Source: Octopus sinensis
Lineage: Eukaryota
NCBI RefSeq assembly: GCF_006345805.1
Contig: NC_042998.1
Span: 197,222,001-197,286,000 of the forward strand
Direction of reading: 5' to 3'
DNA length: 64,000 nt
Shown here: one piece after another, positions 49,796 through 62,431 of the stretch
How positions within the stretch are numbered: the first letter of the stretch is position 1
How the letters are laid out: every line of letters begins with the position of its first letter
Position numbers and translations under genes: made by a program
Notes under the pieces: model-generated
Database searches by the model: none
What the model was told of the DNA's origin: nothing
Seen by the model: only the letters and a program-made list of their open reading frames with translations

Positions 49796-50564
49796 TATAT
49801 ATATTGATGTGTGTGTGTGTGTTTATCTTTGCGTTGGTGTTTGTCCCTCCTCCACCACTTGACAACCGGTGCTGGTGTGTTTACATCCTTGTAACTTAGG
49901 GGTTTGGCAAAAGAGACTGATAGAATAAGTGCTGGGTGTTTTGTCATGGTACCAGCATTAATGAGGTATTTTGTTGTTGGCAAGACTGAAGAACTACCAT
50001 ACTGTAAGAAGAAATGAGAGGGTGGATATTTTAGATAAGGTGATGAAAGGGTGGCGTATGATGAGAGGAACAAGTTTATTGTTATGAGGACATATTGGTG
50101 AGGAGGGTGACAGAGTTGTTAATGAAGGGCAGGGGAGGTGTAGGGGAAGGACGAGGGAGAGAGTAGTGTCAGGGGTCAGTGGGAAAGAGAGAGAGAGTAA
50201 CAGGGTAGAAGGATGATGGGGCTGTAGGGGGAATAAACATGGGTGGAATGTGAGGGAGGAGGCATGAGAGAGAGAAAGAAAGGAGGGTGAGAAGTATCTA
50301 GAGAGCCGGAAGGAGCAAGGAGCGGTGTAGATGTTCATCTTGTTTATTCATAAGTTTCGTCTCATTCGATACCCTGACCCCAATGTTTGTTTTGTCTGTC
50401 CCCCCCCCGTATCGTCCCCTCTTTTTCTCAACCTTATGGTGAATAAAGAAATACTGTGTGAATGGAGTTCAGAGAGGAGGAGATGGGTGCTGGGTTGGCA
50501 GAGAAGCTGCAGGAAGAAGATGGTGATAGAAAGAGACTGGGGAGAAGAGTGGATGAATATGGAA

Positions 50565-50952
50565 TGGAAGCACTCCGTCGGTTACGACGACGAGGGTTCC
50601 GGTTGATCTGAATCAACGGAACAGCCTGCTCGTGAAATTAACGCGTAAGTGGCTGAGCACTCCACAGACACGTGTACCCTTAACGTAGTTCTCGGGGATA
50701 TTCAGCGTGACACAGAGAGTGACAAGGCCGGCCTCTTGAAATACAGGTACAACAGAAACAGGAAGTAAGAGTGAGAGAAAGTTGTGGTGAAAGAGTACAG
50801 CAGGGATCACCACCATCCCCTGCCGGAGCCTCGTGGAGCTTTTTTTAGGTGTTTTCGCTCAATAAACACTCACAACGCCCGGTCTGGGAATCGAAACCGC
50901 GATCCTATGACCGCAAGTCCGCTGCCCTAACCACTGGGCCATTGCGCCTCCA
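50565..50952 (-). mobile_element. tRNA-derived SINE (family 2)
   Basis: Reverse complement of 7251-7626; flanking direct repeat gatgaata. Confidence 0.85.
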
Positions 50953-51862
50953 GATGAATATAATGAGGACAGTAAGAGATAAAGAAACTGGAATGTACTG
51001 GAGAGGTGAGCAGAAAGGGGAGAGGATGAATATAGTTAAAACATCTCGAGAGTAAGGTGGGAGAGCTGTGAGTTGATGCATCGAAAGTACCCTTGTTATG
51101 TTCTATCTGCCATGTTTACCTTGAAGAACAGGTTTTCTGCAGCATTGTATATTGTCAATCATTGCAGTCTCCTGTCATCTCTTTAATGAGCTTCTTCATC
51201 ATCATCATCATCGTTTAACGTCCGTTTTCCGCGCTAGCATGAATTGGACGGTATGACCGGGGCATGGGAAGCCAGGGGCTGCACCAGGCTCCAGTCTGAT
51301 CTGGCAGTGTTTCTACAGCTGGATGCCCTTCCTAACGCCAACCACTCCACGAGTGTAGTGGGTGCTTTTTACATGCCACCGGCACAGGTGCCAGGGGGGC
51401 CTGGCATCAGCCACGATCGGTTGGTGCTTTTAACGTGCCACCGGCACGGAAGCCCAATTCTTCACCACCTTCCTAGGTTTTCTTCTTCCTCAGGTTCCAT
51501 CAAATTTTAGCCCTCATCACTTATTTATGCAGCTATCATCATCCATGCTCATTACATACAAATATCCTCATAGTGTTCTCTCTTGCAAAGTGCATCTAAT
51601 TCCTGCAATGTGCAGTTTCTCTCTCGGATCATTCGTTCTGTCATTTATTCACACTAACATTACAAATCCAGTGGAGCATGCTCACTGCATTCTCTCCTAG
51701 CCTTCACACATCATCTGCATACTGGCCGAGGTATCATTACCATGTAGCATTGTACTTCACACACAAACATCATACAGTTTGCCCTTCACTTGGAAGGAAA
51801 GACCTTTGGTTGTCAGCAGGCAGAGGTTGTAATAATAATGAAATAATAATGAAACTATTGTA

Positions 51863-52288
51863 TACAGTGCTCAGGTGCACCACAAATATAGTACTCAGGT
51901 GCACCACAATACAGTGCTCAGGTGCACCGCAATACAGTGCTCAGGTGCACCGCAAATACAGTGCTCAGGTGCACCGCAAGTACAGTGCTCAGGTGCACCG
52001 CAAGTACAGTGCTCAGGTGCACCGCAAGTACAGTGCTCAGGTGCACCGCAAGTACAGTGCTCAGGTGCACCGCAAGTACAGTGCTCAGGTGCACCGCAAG
52101 TACAGTGCTCAGGTGCACCGCAAGTACAGTGCTCAGGTGCACCGCAAGTACAGTGCTCAGGTGCACCGCAAGTACAGTGTTCAGGTGCACCGCAAGTACA
52201 GTGTTCAGGTGCACCGCAAGTACAGTGTTCAGGTGCACCGCAAGTACAGTGTTCAGGTGCACCGCAAGTACAGTGCTCAGGTGCACCA
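51863..52288. repeat. 24-bp minisatellite (~17.7 copies) derived from a CR1 LINE 3' end
   Basis: Unit tacagtgctcaggtgcaccgcaag; matches the reverse complement of 53569-53601. Confidence 0.9.
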
Positions 52289-52440
52289 AAGGTGTAACTC
52301 TTTGAACTTTTACCCACCCATACTTACTCTAGCTATTTTGCTTTCAGAGCACTCACTCTACTACTAATTAGGACACCTAGGTAACAAAAGCTGTTGACCA
52401 CTTCTAGGGAGTCTCCTGAACTGTGTGATAGACTCTATTA

Positions 52441-52680
52441 AGGTGACGAGCTGGCAGAAACGTTAGCAGGCTGGGCAAAATGCTTAGCGGTATTTCGTCT
52501 GCCTTTACGTTCTGAGTTCAAATTCTGCTGAGGTCGACTTTGCCTTTCATCCTTTTGGAGTCAATTAAATTAAGTGGCAGTTACACACTGGGGTCGATGT
52601 AATTGACTTAATCCCTTTGTTGGTCTTTGTTTGTCCCCTCTATATTTAGCCCCTTGTGGGCAATAAAGAAATATATTTCC
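52441..52680 (+). mobile_element. SINE family 4
   Basis: aggtgacgagctggcagaaacg ... ccccttgtgggcaataaagaaata. Confidence 0.8.
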
Positions 52681-53261
52681 TGGATTCTTTGTGCTGAATA
52701 CTCTCAAGTATTTTCCAGATATGAAGGATATCCGTTGGCCTGGTTGTGAACTCACAACACCATTTAGGAGTCCATTGCTTGCATTGGTCACTTTTCTGTA
52801 TATGGAACACATACACATTTCCTGGATGGTTGCAGTATCTTGTTTTCTCTTCTATTTAGCATAACTTTACTCTTGGTTAAGTTTACTTTGAGGCCATTCA
52901 ATTTCATGTTTTGCTTCCATGACTGGAATTTCTTCTCCGTGTCTTTCACACGATCTGCGCTAAAAACAAGGTCCTCGGTATAAAAAAAGTTCCAATAGAC
53001 AACCAGTCTTAAAGTCTCTGCTTTGGCATTGAGGACTGTGGTAAATGAAAAAGAGTTAAACAGTGTGCTCTGATGGACCTCAACATGATGGACCCCAAAC
53101 AATAACTCTGAGCACCTTTTCAAACTCCATCTGTCTCGCCTAAGTTTTTCTTGGTAGTAACTTCGCGGAGTTTATTTGAAACTACTATCGGAAAACCCAA
53201 GGAATGTATCCTTTCACTATAGCTTTCCAACATATTTCTGGATTGGACAAGGAGAAACATC

Positions 53262-53601
53262 AAACTCCACCTGTCTAACACCCGTGGACATGTTTACAAA
53301 GTCAGAAAACAGCACAGCTCCCATGACTTTCGGAAACACTTTTTCATGCTAAGAGTTGCTGAAGCATGGAACAAACTCCTGGCATCAGTCGTTAGTTGTC
53401 GGAGCACTGCATCCTTCAAAACTTCCATGCTTCCTGAGATTCGCCAACACTACACCTGATTTTCTCCCTTCCATACACACGCAAGCATGTATCTGACTCA
53501 TACACTGTTCACTTCCCAGACATTTGTACATTACTGCATATGCTTTATACGCACTTTTGACAAGTTGGGGTGCACCTGAGCACTGTATACAATAATTTCA
53601 T
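53262..53601 (+). mobile_element. CR1-like LINE 3' fragment
   Basis: Translates TRGHVYKVRKQHSSHDFRKHFFMLRVAEAWNKL...SFK, the CR1 ORF2 C-terminal signature, followed by a short 3' UTR. Confidence 0.8.
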
Positions 53602-53978
53602 GTGTATTAAATATATTGGATATGATATATTGAGTAGAAGATAGCAATTAGGACATGTGAGGTGTACTATGTGCAAAATCTGGTATAATGATGATGGAAA
53701 GGGTAGAAATTTCGTCATGGTGTGTGGTGTACAATGTTGCAATTGGAGATGTATAGTATACAGTTTTGTAAACAGGGCTTATTATTTGATGTGTCGTATA
53801 TCAACTGGTATATGGTTTGTATGGTGAAGAAGAGAAGAACTGCTTAATGTACCTTCTTTTTGCAATCACCATCATATCTCCCCAGACTCTGCGTAAGGAA
53901 TTTATCACTCACTTTTCTAATACTAATAGTTACAAGTATGACACATTCTATTAATGTTATTATTTTCTATTTATTTAG

Positions 53979-54053
53979 AACCATTTATTCACGAAAAAGA
54001 TGCAGGATCACCACTAACACAGTCTGCAGAAGCTCGAGGAGTTGCAGTGCCAG
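53979..54053 (+). CDS. Internal exon
   Basis: ttttctatttatttag|...CCAG|gtatat; 75 nt, phase 1-1: EPFIHEKDAGSPLTQSAEARGVAVP. Confidence 0.8.
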
Positions 54054-54876
54054 GTATATTTGATGTTATAATTCTACTGGAAGTTTTTGTAATTTAGTAA
54101 AATTTTGTAATATTTAGCATAACTTCCCTATTTATATTTAAATCTCAGCGTATTTTTTTATATCAGAAATATCCATAATTGATTTTTCAGGAAATCTTAT
54201 GCATGATAATGTTGTAGTTTAGAGAATGTCATCATCATCATCATACATCCATTTTCCATGCTGGCATGGGTTGGACAGTTTGACAGGAGCTGTCAATTGT
54301 CCAGACTCCAATTGTCTGCTGTGGCGTGGTTTCTATGGCTGGATGCCCTTCCCAATGCCAACCACTTCACAGAGTGTGCTGGGTGCAATACAAGGTTGAG
54401 AACGTATCGTGTAAGGGTAGAAGTGAGGGTTAATAGTGTGTGTTAGTCACAGTTTGGCAAGTAGACATGTTATAATGCCTTTGTCTGGCTGAGGACCATG
54501 TTGCATACTTCAACATGTAAGGAATCCCATGGGAAACAGTATGAGAGTCTGAACCAGTTAAGCTCTTTTCATTGCCCACTAGAGAGGGCTGCACGTTCTT
54601 AAATTCTGGTAGTGATTTCAGCAGCGAGGTGACTAAGATGGACTTGGTAAGAGTGTGATGGTTATTGTTCTTCTGTATTTGTACACTAGCACTTATGACC
54701 CGGTGTTGCCAGGTCATAGTGCTAGTGCATGCATGCGAGTACTGTCCAAATCTCTGACCAATCACATACAGCTAGCTGGCATTCAATTGGCGTATCAAGT
54801 TTCAGGCATTTTGATTGGGTTTTGGATAGAAAATTCACAAAAAAGTCACTTCTATTGATTTTTTAATGGTTTTGCG

Positions 54877-55144
54877 GGGTGTCTTATATAATTCTTTATT
54901 ATTACTTTGTGGTGTCTTATATAATTCTTTATTACTTTGTGGTGTCTTATATAATTCTTTATTACTTTGGGGTGTCTTATATAATTCTTTATTATTACTT
55001 TGGGGTGTCTTATATAATTCTTTATTATTACTTTGGGGTGTCTTATATAATTCTTTATTATTACTTTGGGGTGTCTTATATAATTCCTTATTATTACTTT
55101 GGGGTATCTTATATAATTCTTTATTACTTTTGGGGTGTCTTATA
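54877..55144. repeat. 30-33-bp minisatellite (~8 copies)
   Basis: Unit ggggtgtcttatataattctttattattacttt. Confidence 0.95.
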
Positions 55145-56121
55145 GGAAGAAGGAATTGACATCATGTATTTTCATTAAATTTCTTTTTTGTGTGTGATTG
55201 TTGAGAGCTGACTTTCCAAAAATATATAATAAGAGTAATTAGAGTGAATAATTCATTTATGAATGTTATCGTGACATGGGTGGGGTTTGTAATTGTTATT
55301 GATGCTGTTAATTACTCTAAATGCCATTTTATTTTTAGTTTTGAAGTTTATTTTGGGCATTACTGTTCACTGTTTTCTGGTAATTTTTCCCATTATTTCC
55401 TCATTTATTATTAATGAAGTTGGCTATTCATTGTGCTTAATTGGGTCAGCATGGAAAATATACTTTAAATGATGATGATGATGATGATGCTGTTTTATTG
55501 GACATGCATTTTAGATGCATCAATAATTAACATGTCAAATGTATGAACTGCAGAGTTTATATTACTGATTATAATGGTGCTGAATTCCATTGGGCTTTTG
55601 GATGTTTGCAAAAATATTTTCCCTTTCTGTGTGCAATTCCCTCTCTTCTTCCTTAAAATGCCAATTACTAGTAAACCTCTGGACAATTTTCCCCCCTTTT
55701 CTCCAATATCCATGTAATTTGTCCCAATCTAGATCTCCTACATGCAAACCACATGTCATAGTCTTCTCTGTGTCCCAAACCCCTATCTCCAAACCATGTC
55801 AGTTGTTCAGGTCACACTATTTTCTCTAACTTTATCCTGAAAAGTGATGTCTATTTTCACATAGACTCTACTCCCTGTTACGTGCCTCTCTCATTAGGAT
55901 ATCAAAAATAATGACCTCCAGTTACTCTGGGTTAAAGTCTCCCTCCCTTGCACCCACAAATATATATATCTGTGTCCTCTGTCTTACTCCTAACTCCTCA
56001 AATCCTGAGCACGTCTCTTCTTGTATTGAGGAGATTTCACTTACTTCACCCCTCTCGAAAGATATCAGTGCTAGTGACCTCAATATTCACATTTCCTCAT
56101 AGCTCTCTCTCTCTCTGTCTA

Positions 56122-56152
<31 letters not shown>

Positions 56153-56472
56153 TCACTCATCTCGTACCAATGTTGTCAGTACAAAAACCAAAGCTTTTGC
56201 AATCTTCAACCCTGTTTATCAACTCAATATTTTCCTCAATTCCAAATCTAATCTATGCCAAACTCTACCTCTCCACATACTGGACCATGCACCCACTGCC
56301 TCATTGGAACAATCCAGATATATCTAATACCACAACAACACCCCCAGTATCCTGCACCCTCTGGTACTTCAACTCGGCTAACTGGTTAGAGCTTCACCAA
56401 TTTTATGCCATCTTTTAAAACCTCATTAATGTACTCTCTGCTCACCATTACAATTAAATCTCTTCAGATACC

Positions 56473-57031
56473 ATCATCATCATTTAACGTCTACTTTCTA
56501 TGCTAGCATGGGTTGGACGATTTGACTGAGGATTGGTGAACCAGATGGCTGTGCCAGGCTCCAATCTTGCTCTGGCGGGGCTTCTACAGCTGGATGCCCT
56601 TCCTAATGCCAACCACTCCGAGAGTGTAGTGGGTGCTTTTACATGCCACCGGCAAGGGGGCCAGTCATGCGGTACTGGCAACGGCGGCGAGCTGGCAGAA
56701 ACGTTAGCACACCGGGCGAAATGCTTAGCGGTAGTTTGTCTGCGTTACGTTGTGAGTTCAAATTCCGCCGAGGTCGACTTTGCCTTTCATCCTTTCGGGG
56801 TCGATAAATTAAGTACCAGTTATGCACTGGGGTCGATATAATCGACTTAATACCTATGTCTGTCCTTGTTTGTCCGCTCTGTGTTTAGCCCCTTGTGGGT
56901 AATAAAGAAATAGGTACTGGCAAAGGCCTCAAAAAACTCAAGTTTTTTTTTTTTCACGCGCAACCTGCACCCTGGCACAGGTGCCAGTAAGGCGACACTA
57001 GTAACGATCATGCTCGAATGGTGCTTTTTAC
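56473..57031 (-). mobile_element. Family 1 RTE 3' UTR with nested family 4 SINE (56683-56912, +)
   Basis: Nested SINE flanked by TSD ggtactggcaa. Confidence 0.8.
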
Positions 57032-57229
57032 TAATCTACTGCTTCCAACTATACTTGCAACTCTAAAAGCTTCAATGACTTTCCAATTCATGTTTCCCTG
57101 ACAAATATTGCAATGAATCTCCTAGTTTTGAGTCACACATCAATCGTACTGACCAGAGAAATGTGTATAGTTGAATAACTGTAGGTATGAACCCAACTGG
57201 AAATATTATTGTATTGTGTTTGTTAACAG

Positions 57230-57292
57230 GTGCTGCACCAAAAGTACCAGAAACGACACTAATAACAGAAAAATCAAAATCAAAAGTAAAAG
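57230..57292 (+). CDS. Internal exon
   Basis: tttgttaacag|...AAAAG|gtatat; 63 nt, phase 1-1: GAAPKVPETTLITEKSKSKVK. Confidence 0.8.
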
Positions 57293-57548
57293 GTATATTT
57301 TTTCATTATACTGTCTTGGAATGTATAAAATTGTAATATTTTGGTAGAATTTATATAATCACAATTAAATTTTAGAATATTTTTATCTTTCAGAAAATTC
57401 TATGTTTGAGCAGATTTTCATTTTTATGGTTATAAATATCCTCTAATGGTCTGTTATATATGGCAAAAAGATGTAGCAGATGTCACCAGGACTGAAGAGT
57501 AACATTTAGAAAGTATCCTGTAGAGCATAGTATAGAAATTAGGGTATA

Positions 57549-60168
57549 CTCTCTTTACTCTTTTACTTGTTTCAGTCATTTGACTGCGGCCATGCTGGAG
57601 CACCGCCTTTAGTCGACCAAATCGACCCCGAGACTTATTCTTTGTAAGCCCAGTACTTATTCTATCGGTCTCTTTTTGCCGAACCGCTAAGTAATGGGGA
57701 CGTAAACACACCAGCATCAATCAATGCTAGGGGGACAAACACAGACACACAAACACACACACACACATATATATATACATATATACGACAGGCTTCTTTC
57801 AGTTTCCGTCTACCAAATCCACTCACAAGGCATTGGTCAGCCCGGGGCTATAGCAGAAGACACTTGCCCAAGGTGCCACGCAGTGGGACTGAACCCGGAG
57901 CTATGTGGTTGGTTAGCAAGCTACTTACCACACAGCCACTCCTGCGCCTACTGTGAATGATTGTCCAAAGTATATTGTATGGGATGGAGTATATTAGTGA
58001 GAGAATGTCATGTGCTATAGAGAAAACATGTATGGGGTGTTGTGTAGAAGTTATGGCATATGGTAATCCAAGTATATTCTATGGTGGGGGTCGTATAGAT
58101 GTCAGAATGTGTTGTCTGATATTTGTCTTTACATGTTGTATGGAGGAAAGTGTAGAACGAGAGTGAGTATGCTGTGTGAGATAATCATAACATTGTATGG
58201 AGATAAGTAGAGGATTCAGGATATGCCATATATGGTGTAGTGATTCCTCGTCTCTGTGCTGTAGGGACATCATGTCGGTCAGTTTGAAGCCACTACCTGG
58301 CTCTTGCGTACCTTTGGCAGAGTTTGTTCTTTTGTAAGCATTTGATTTTGAAGATTGGACGTTATCAAAGAAGCTTGAGAGGCGGTTGGATTGAACTTAC
58401 ACTCACCTCCTTATGAGAGCTCAAAATCTCTCGTGGAAGCGCCATCCAACCAAAATGCAAATATATGGGAAACTACCACCTGTATCATCTCTTGTGAAAG
58501 GTAGAAGAGTCCAGTTTGCTGGACATTGTTGTAGAGCTGAAAACGAGGTAATTTCTACTCTTCTCCTCTGGAAGCCATCTACTCGCAATACCAGAGGGCG
58601 CACACTCTCCTACCCTGATGTAATCTCCAGGGATACAGGCATCCAGCAACAGGACCTCCGTAATGCTATGATGGACCGTGAAGTCTGGCGTAACATAGTA
58701 AATTCCATTGTCTCGACCACGGTCGAACAATGATGATGATGAAGCATTTGATCCAGACCTGGTTAGTGGGTTGTCATGAGCTTCAAATGCAATGCTACTC
58801 TCCACTTTTTCTTTAAATGCCAAAAACTAGAAGCAAAATCTCTCGCCAATTTTCTCTTTTACTCTTTTACTTGTTTCAGTCATTTGACTGCGGCCATGCT
58901 GGAGCACCGCCTTTAGTCGACCAAATCGACCCCGAGACTTATTCTTTGTAAGCCCAGTACTTATTCTATCGGTCTCTTTTTGCCGAACCGCTAAGTAATG
59001 GGGACGTAAACACACCAGCATCAATCAATGCTAGGGGGACAAACACAGACACACAAACACACACACACACATATATATATACATATATACGACAGGCTTC
59101 TTTCAGTTTCCGTCTACGAAATCCACTCACAAGGCATTGGTCAGCCCAGGGCTATAGCAGAAGACACTTGCCCAAGGTGCCACGCAGTGGGACTGAACCC
59201 GGAGCCATGTGGTTGGTTAGCAAGCTACTTACCACACAGCCACTCCTGCGCCTACTGTGAATGATTGTCCAAAGTATATTGTATGGGGTGGAGTATATTA
59301 GTGAGAGAATGTCATGTGCTATAGAGAAAACATGTATGAGATGTTGTGTAGAAGTTATGGCATATGGTAGTCCAAGTATATTCTATGGTGGGGGTCGTAT
59401 AGACGTCAGAATGTGTTGTCTGATATTTGTCTTTACATGTTGTATGGAGGAAAGTGTAGAACGAGGGTGAGTATGCTGTGTGAGATAATCATAACATTGT
59501 ATGGAGATAAGTAGAGGATTCAGGATATGCCATACATGGTGTAGTGATTCCTCGTCTTTGTGCAGCAGGAACATCATGTGGGGCAGTTTGAAGCCACTAC
59601 CTGGCTTTTGCGTACCTTTAGCAGAGTTTGTTCTTTTGTAAGCATTTGATTTTGAAGATTGGACGTTATCAAAGAAGCTTGAGAGGCAGTTGAATGGAAC
59701 CTACACTCGCCTCCTTATGAGAGCTCAAAATCTCTCGTGGAAGCGCCATCCAACCAAAATGCAAATATATGGGAAACTACCACCTGTATCATCTCTTGTG
59801 AAAGGTAGGAGAGTCCAGTTTGCTGGACATTGTTGTAGAGCTGAAAACGAGGTAATTTCTACTCTTCTCCTCTGGAAGCCATCTACTCGCAATACCAGAG
59901 GGCGCACACTCTCCTACCCTGATGTAATCTCCAGGGATACAAGCATCCAGCAACAGGACCTCCGTAATGCTATGATGGACCGTGAAGTCTGGCGTAACAT
60001 AGTAAATTCCATTGTCTCGACCACGGTCGAACAATGATGATGATGAAGCATTTGATCCAGACCTGGTTAGTGGGTTGTCATGAGCTTCAAATGCAATGCT
60101 ACTCTCCACTTTTTCTTTAAATGCCAAAAACTAGAAGCAAAATCTCTCGCCAATTTTCTCTTTTACTC
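57549..60168 (+). repeat. Tandem 1304-bp duplication (family 3 SINE + intron + truncated LINE)
   Basis: All ORFs recur at +1304; junctions at ctcttttactc; LINE copies at 58347-58741 and 59651-60045 with TSD aagcatttgat. Confidence 0.95.
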
Positions 60169-60844
60169 CTATATCTGTGGATCCCACTAATAATCTTTTA
60201 CTTACATGCAGACTACATATGCTGTTCCTCATAATCTCCCAACCCATATCTCCAACCCATCTCAGATGTCCAGGCTCCACTCTCTATTCTAACTTCACCC
60301 TGAAAGGTGATGTTTGCACTTACACAGACTTCACTCTCCTTGTCACATAACCTTCCCACTGCAATAATGCCTCCCAACTTCTCCGAGTCACAGTCTCACT
60401 TCCCCACTCCCCCTCTATGCCCTCTATCATGCTCCTAACTGCTCAAAATAAAAGTATTTCTTTGACCATATCTTCTCCTACGTTGAAGACATATTTTACT
60501 TTACTCCTCCTGAAAGGGATCAAACTTGGTGACTTCAATATTCTCAATTCCTTGAAGCTCTCTCACCCTTCTCACAATACCACCGCTGCCGAAACTAAGC
60601 TTTTAACAATGCTTAGCTCTCTTCATCAACTTGTCTCACCCCCTACATACATCCCAGATCGATATTCAGTCATCTCAGATGCCCTTGATTTTTTCCTTCC
60701 TTCTAAATTTAATCTATATTCAACTACTGTCTCCCCCTATCAAATCTACTGCCTCATTGCAACTAAAATCCTTTGGGCTGAACACCTTTGGGTGTAGGTG
60801 TAAAAATTTGGTGCTTGTGTGAAAATTATCATGCTAGGAGGCAC

Positions 60845-61400
60845 TGCATCAGTTCCTGGCTGTTACGTCTAGAGTATAGACATGTAGTGTGCTCATCAGA
60901 TTTTCGTTTTCACACAAGATTACCAACGCATCAGGCAAAGATATTGCATCAAATTTTGCCAAAAGGTTGAACAAGTTCAAACCATCCAGAAGATTCAGCA
61001 GGCCTTTGGCGATGATGGCATGGGCAAAACTGAGATCAAGGAGTGGTACAACTGCTTCAAACATAGCCACACCTCAATGGAAAGCAAGGCACACTCAGGT
61101 AGGATATCCACAAGCTAAAATGAGGAGCCATTTGAGAAGGTTCAGTGAATCGTCATGGAAGACCATCATGTAACAATCCATTTTAACCGAGGATTTTTGC
61201 ATGTGGATAGTGTTGGAGAAATTTGTCCCCAAGATGCTGGTGGAGCAGCAGAAACAACTCCACCTGGAACTCACTCAGGACATGCTGGACTGAGTAAACT
61301 ATGAGCCAGACTTTAGAAACATAATCTCTGGTGATGAGACTTGGGCTTATGGTTTCTGTTCGATGCATTTAGTCATCTTGTATAGAAAGAAAAATCCAAT
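60845..61400 (+). mobile_element. Decayed mariner-type transposase fragment
   Basis: CIKFCQK..TIQKIQQAFGDDGMGKTEIKEWYNCFK and IISGDETWAYG remnants with frameshifts. Confidence 0.75.
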
Positions 61401-62045
61401 GAACATGTGCTACACATTTACACTTTAGGCATAACAGCCAGGAACTGACGTGGCCTAATGGCACGGAAATTTTCATGCATGTGTGGGAAGGTTGGTATCA
61501 CTTCCTACCTGAATGATTTTTTTCCCAAATGGTATTAGTTTTAGAAGGGAAAAAATAAAGATAGACATAATAAAAAAAAAAACCCCATTCAAATTGAGAT
61601 TGACTGTGACCAAAGAAGGTTCCAGTTTTCACAGAGAATTTTGAAGTTGGGCTGTATTGGTTATTGGGAACTGTGGTTATAATCCTGATTCCAACATTGC
61701 AAATGACCAGAATGGAATGTGACCTGTGAACCACCATAATGATGAAGTAAGGGCTTGATCAATCATTAAGTAGAATGTGACTACAAAAACTAGGGCTTGG
61801 TTAATGAAATAACAACTAATTAATCAATGAATATATGAGGGGTGGCTGAAAAGTTAATAGGTTGACCAAGATACTCTCATGGAATGTAACCAAACTAGGT
61901 TTATTTTTCAACGTGGCCCCTTTTTGCGGTCCACACACTTCTTCCATCAGTGTTGTAGTGCTTAGTTCCCTCTGGTGAAAAAGCTTTTGTCCTTATTACT
62001 CAAAAAAGTCATCAACAACAGATAGGACATAATCATCACTGTGAT

Positions 62046-62431
62046 AGGCGCAGAAGTGGCCGTGTGGTGAGTAGCTTGCTAAGCAACCACATGGTTCCGG
62101 GTTCAGTCTCACTGCGTGGCACCTTGGGCAAGTGTCTTCTACTATAGCCCCGGGCCGACCAATGCCTTGTGAGTGGATTTGGTAGATGGAAACTGAAAGA
62201 AGCCTGTCGTATATATGTGTATGTGTTTGTGTGTCTGTGTTTGTCTCCCAAGCATTGCTTGACAACCGATGCTGGTGTGTTTACGTCCCCGTCACCTAGC
62301 GGTTCGGCAAAAAGAGACCGATAGAATAAGTACTGGGCTTCCAAAGAATAAGTCCCGGGGTCATTTGCTCGACTAAAAGGTGGTGCTCCAGCATGGCCGC
62401 AGACAAATGACTGAAACAAGTAAAAGAGTAG
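62046..62431 (+). mobile_element. tRNA-derived SINE (family 3)
   Basis: Colinear with 31235-31648. Confidence 0.85.

Noticed and set aside
51678-52367. Long repetitive ORFs (QCSGAPQV, HCTCGAPE) or a CRISPR-like array
   Set aside because: Pure 24-bp tandem repeat open in several frames, no unique spacers, derived from a LINE 3' end
55800-60800. Pyrimidine-rich ORFs at 55911-56418 and 60417-60822
   Set aside because: Look like highly decayed LINE endonuclease relics (GDFNI-like motif); too degraded to bound reliably
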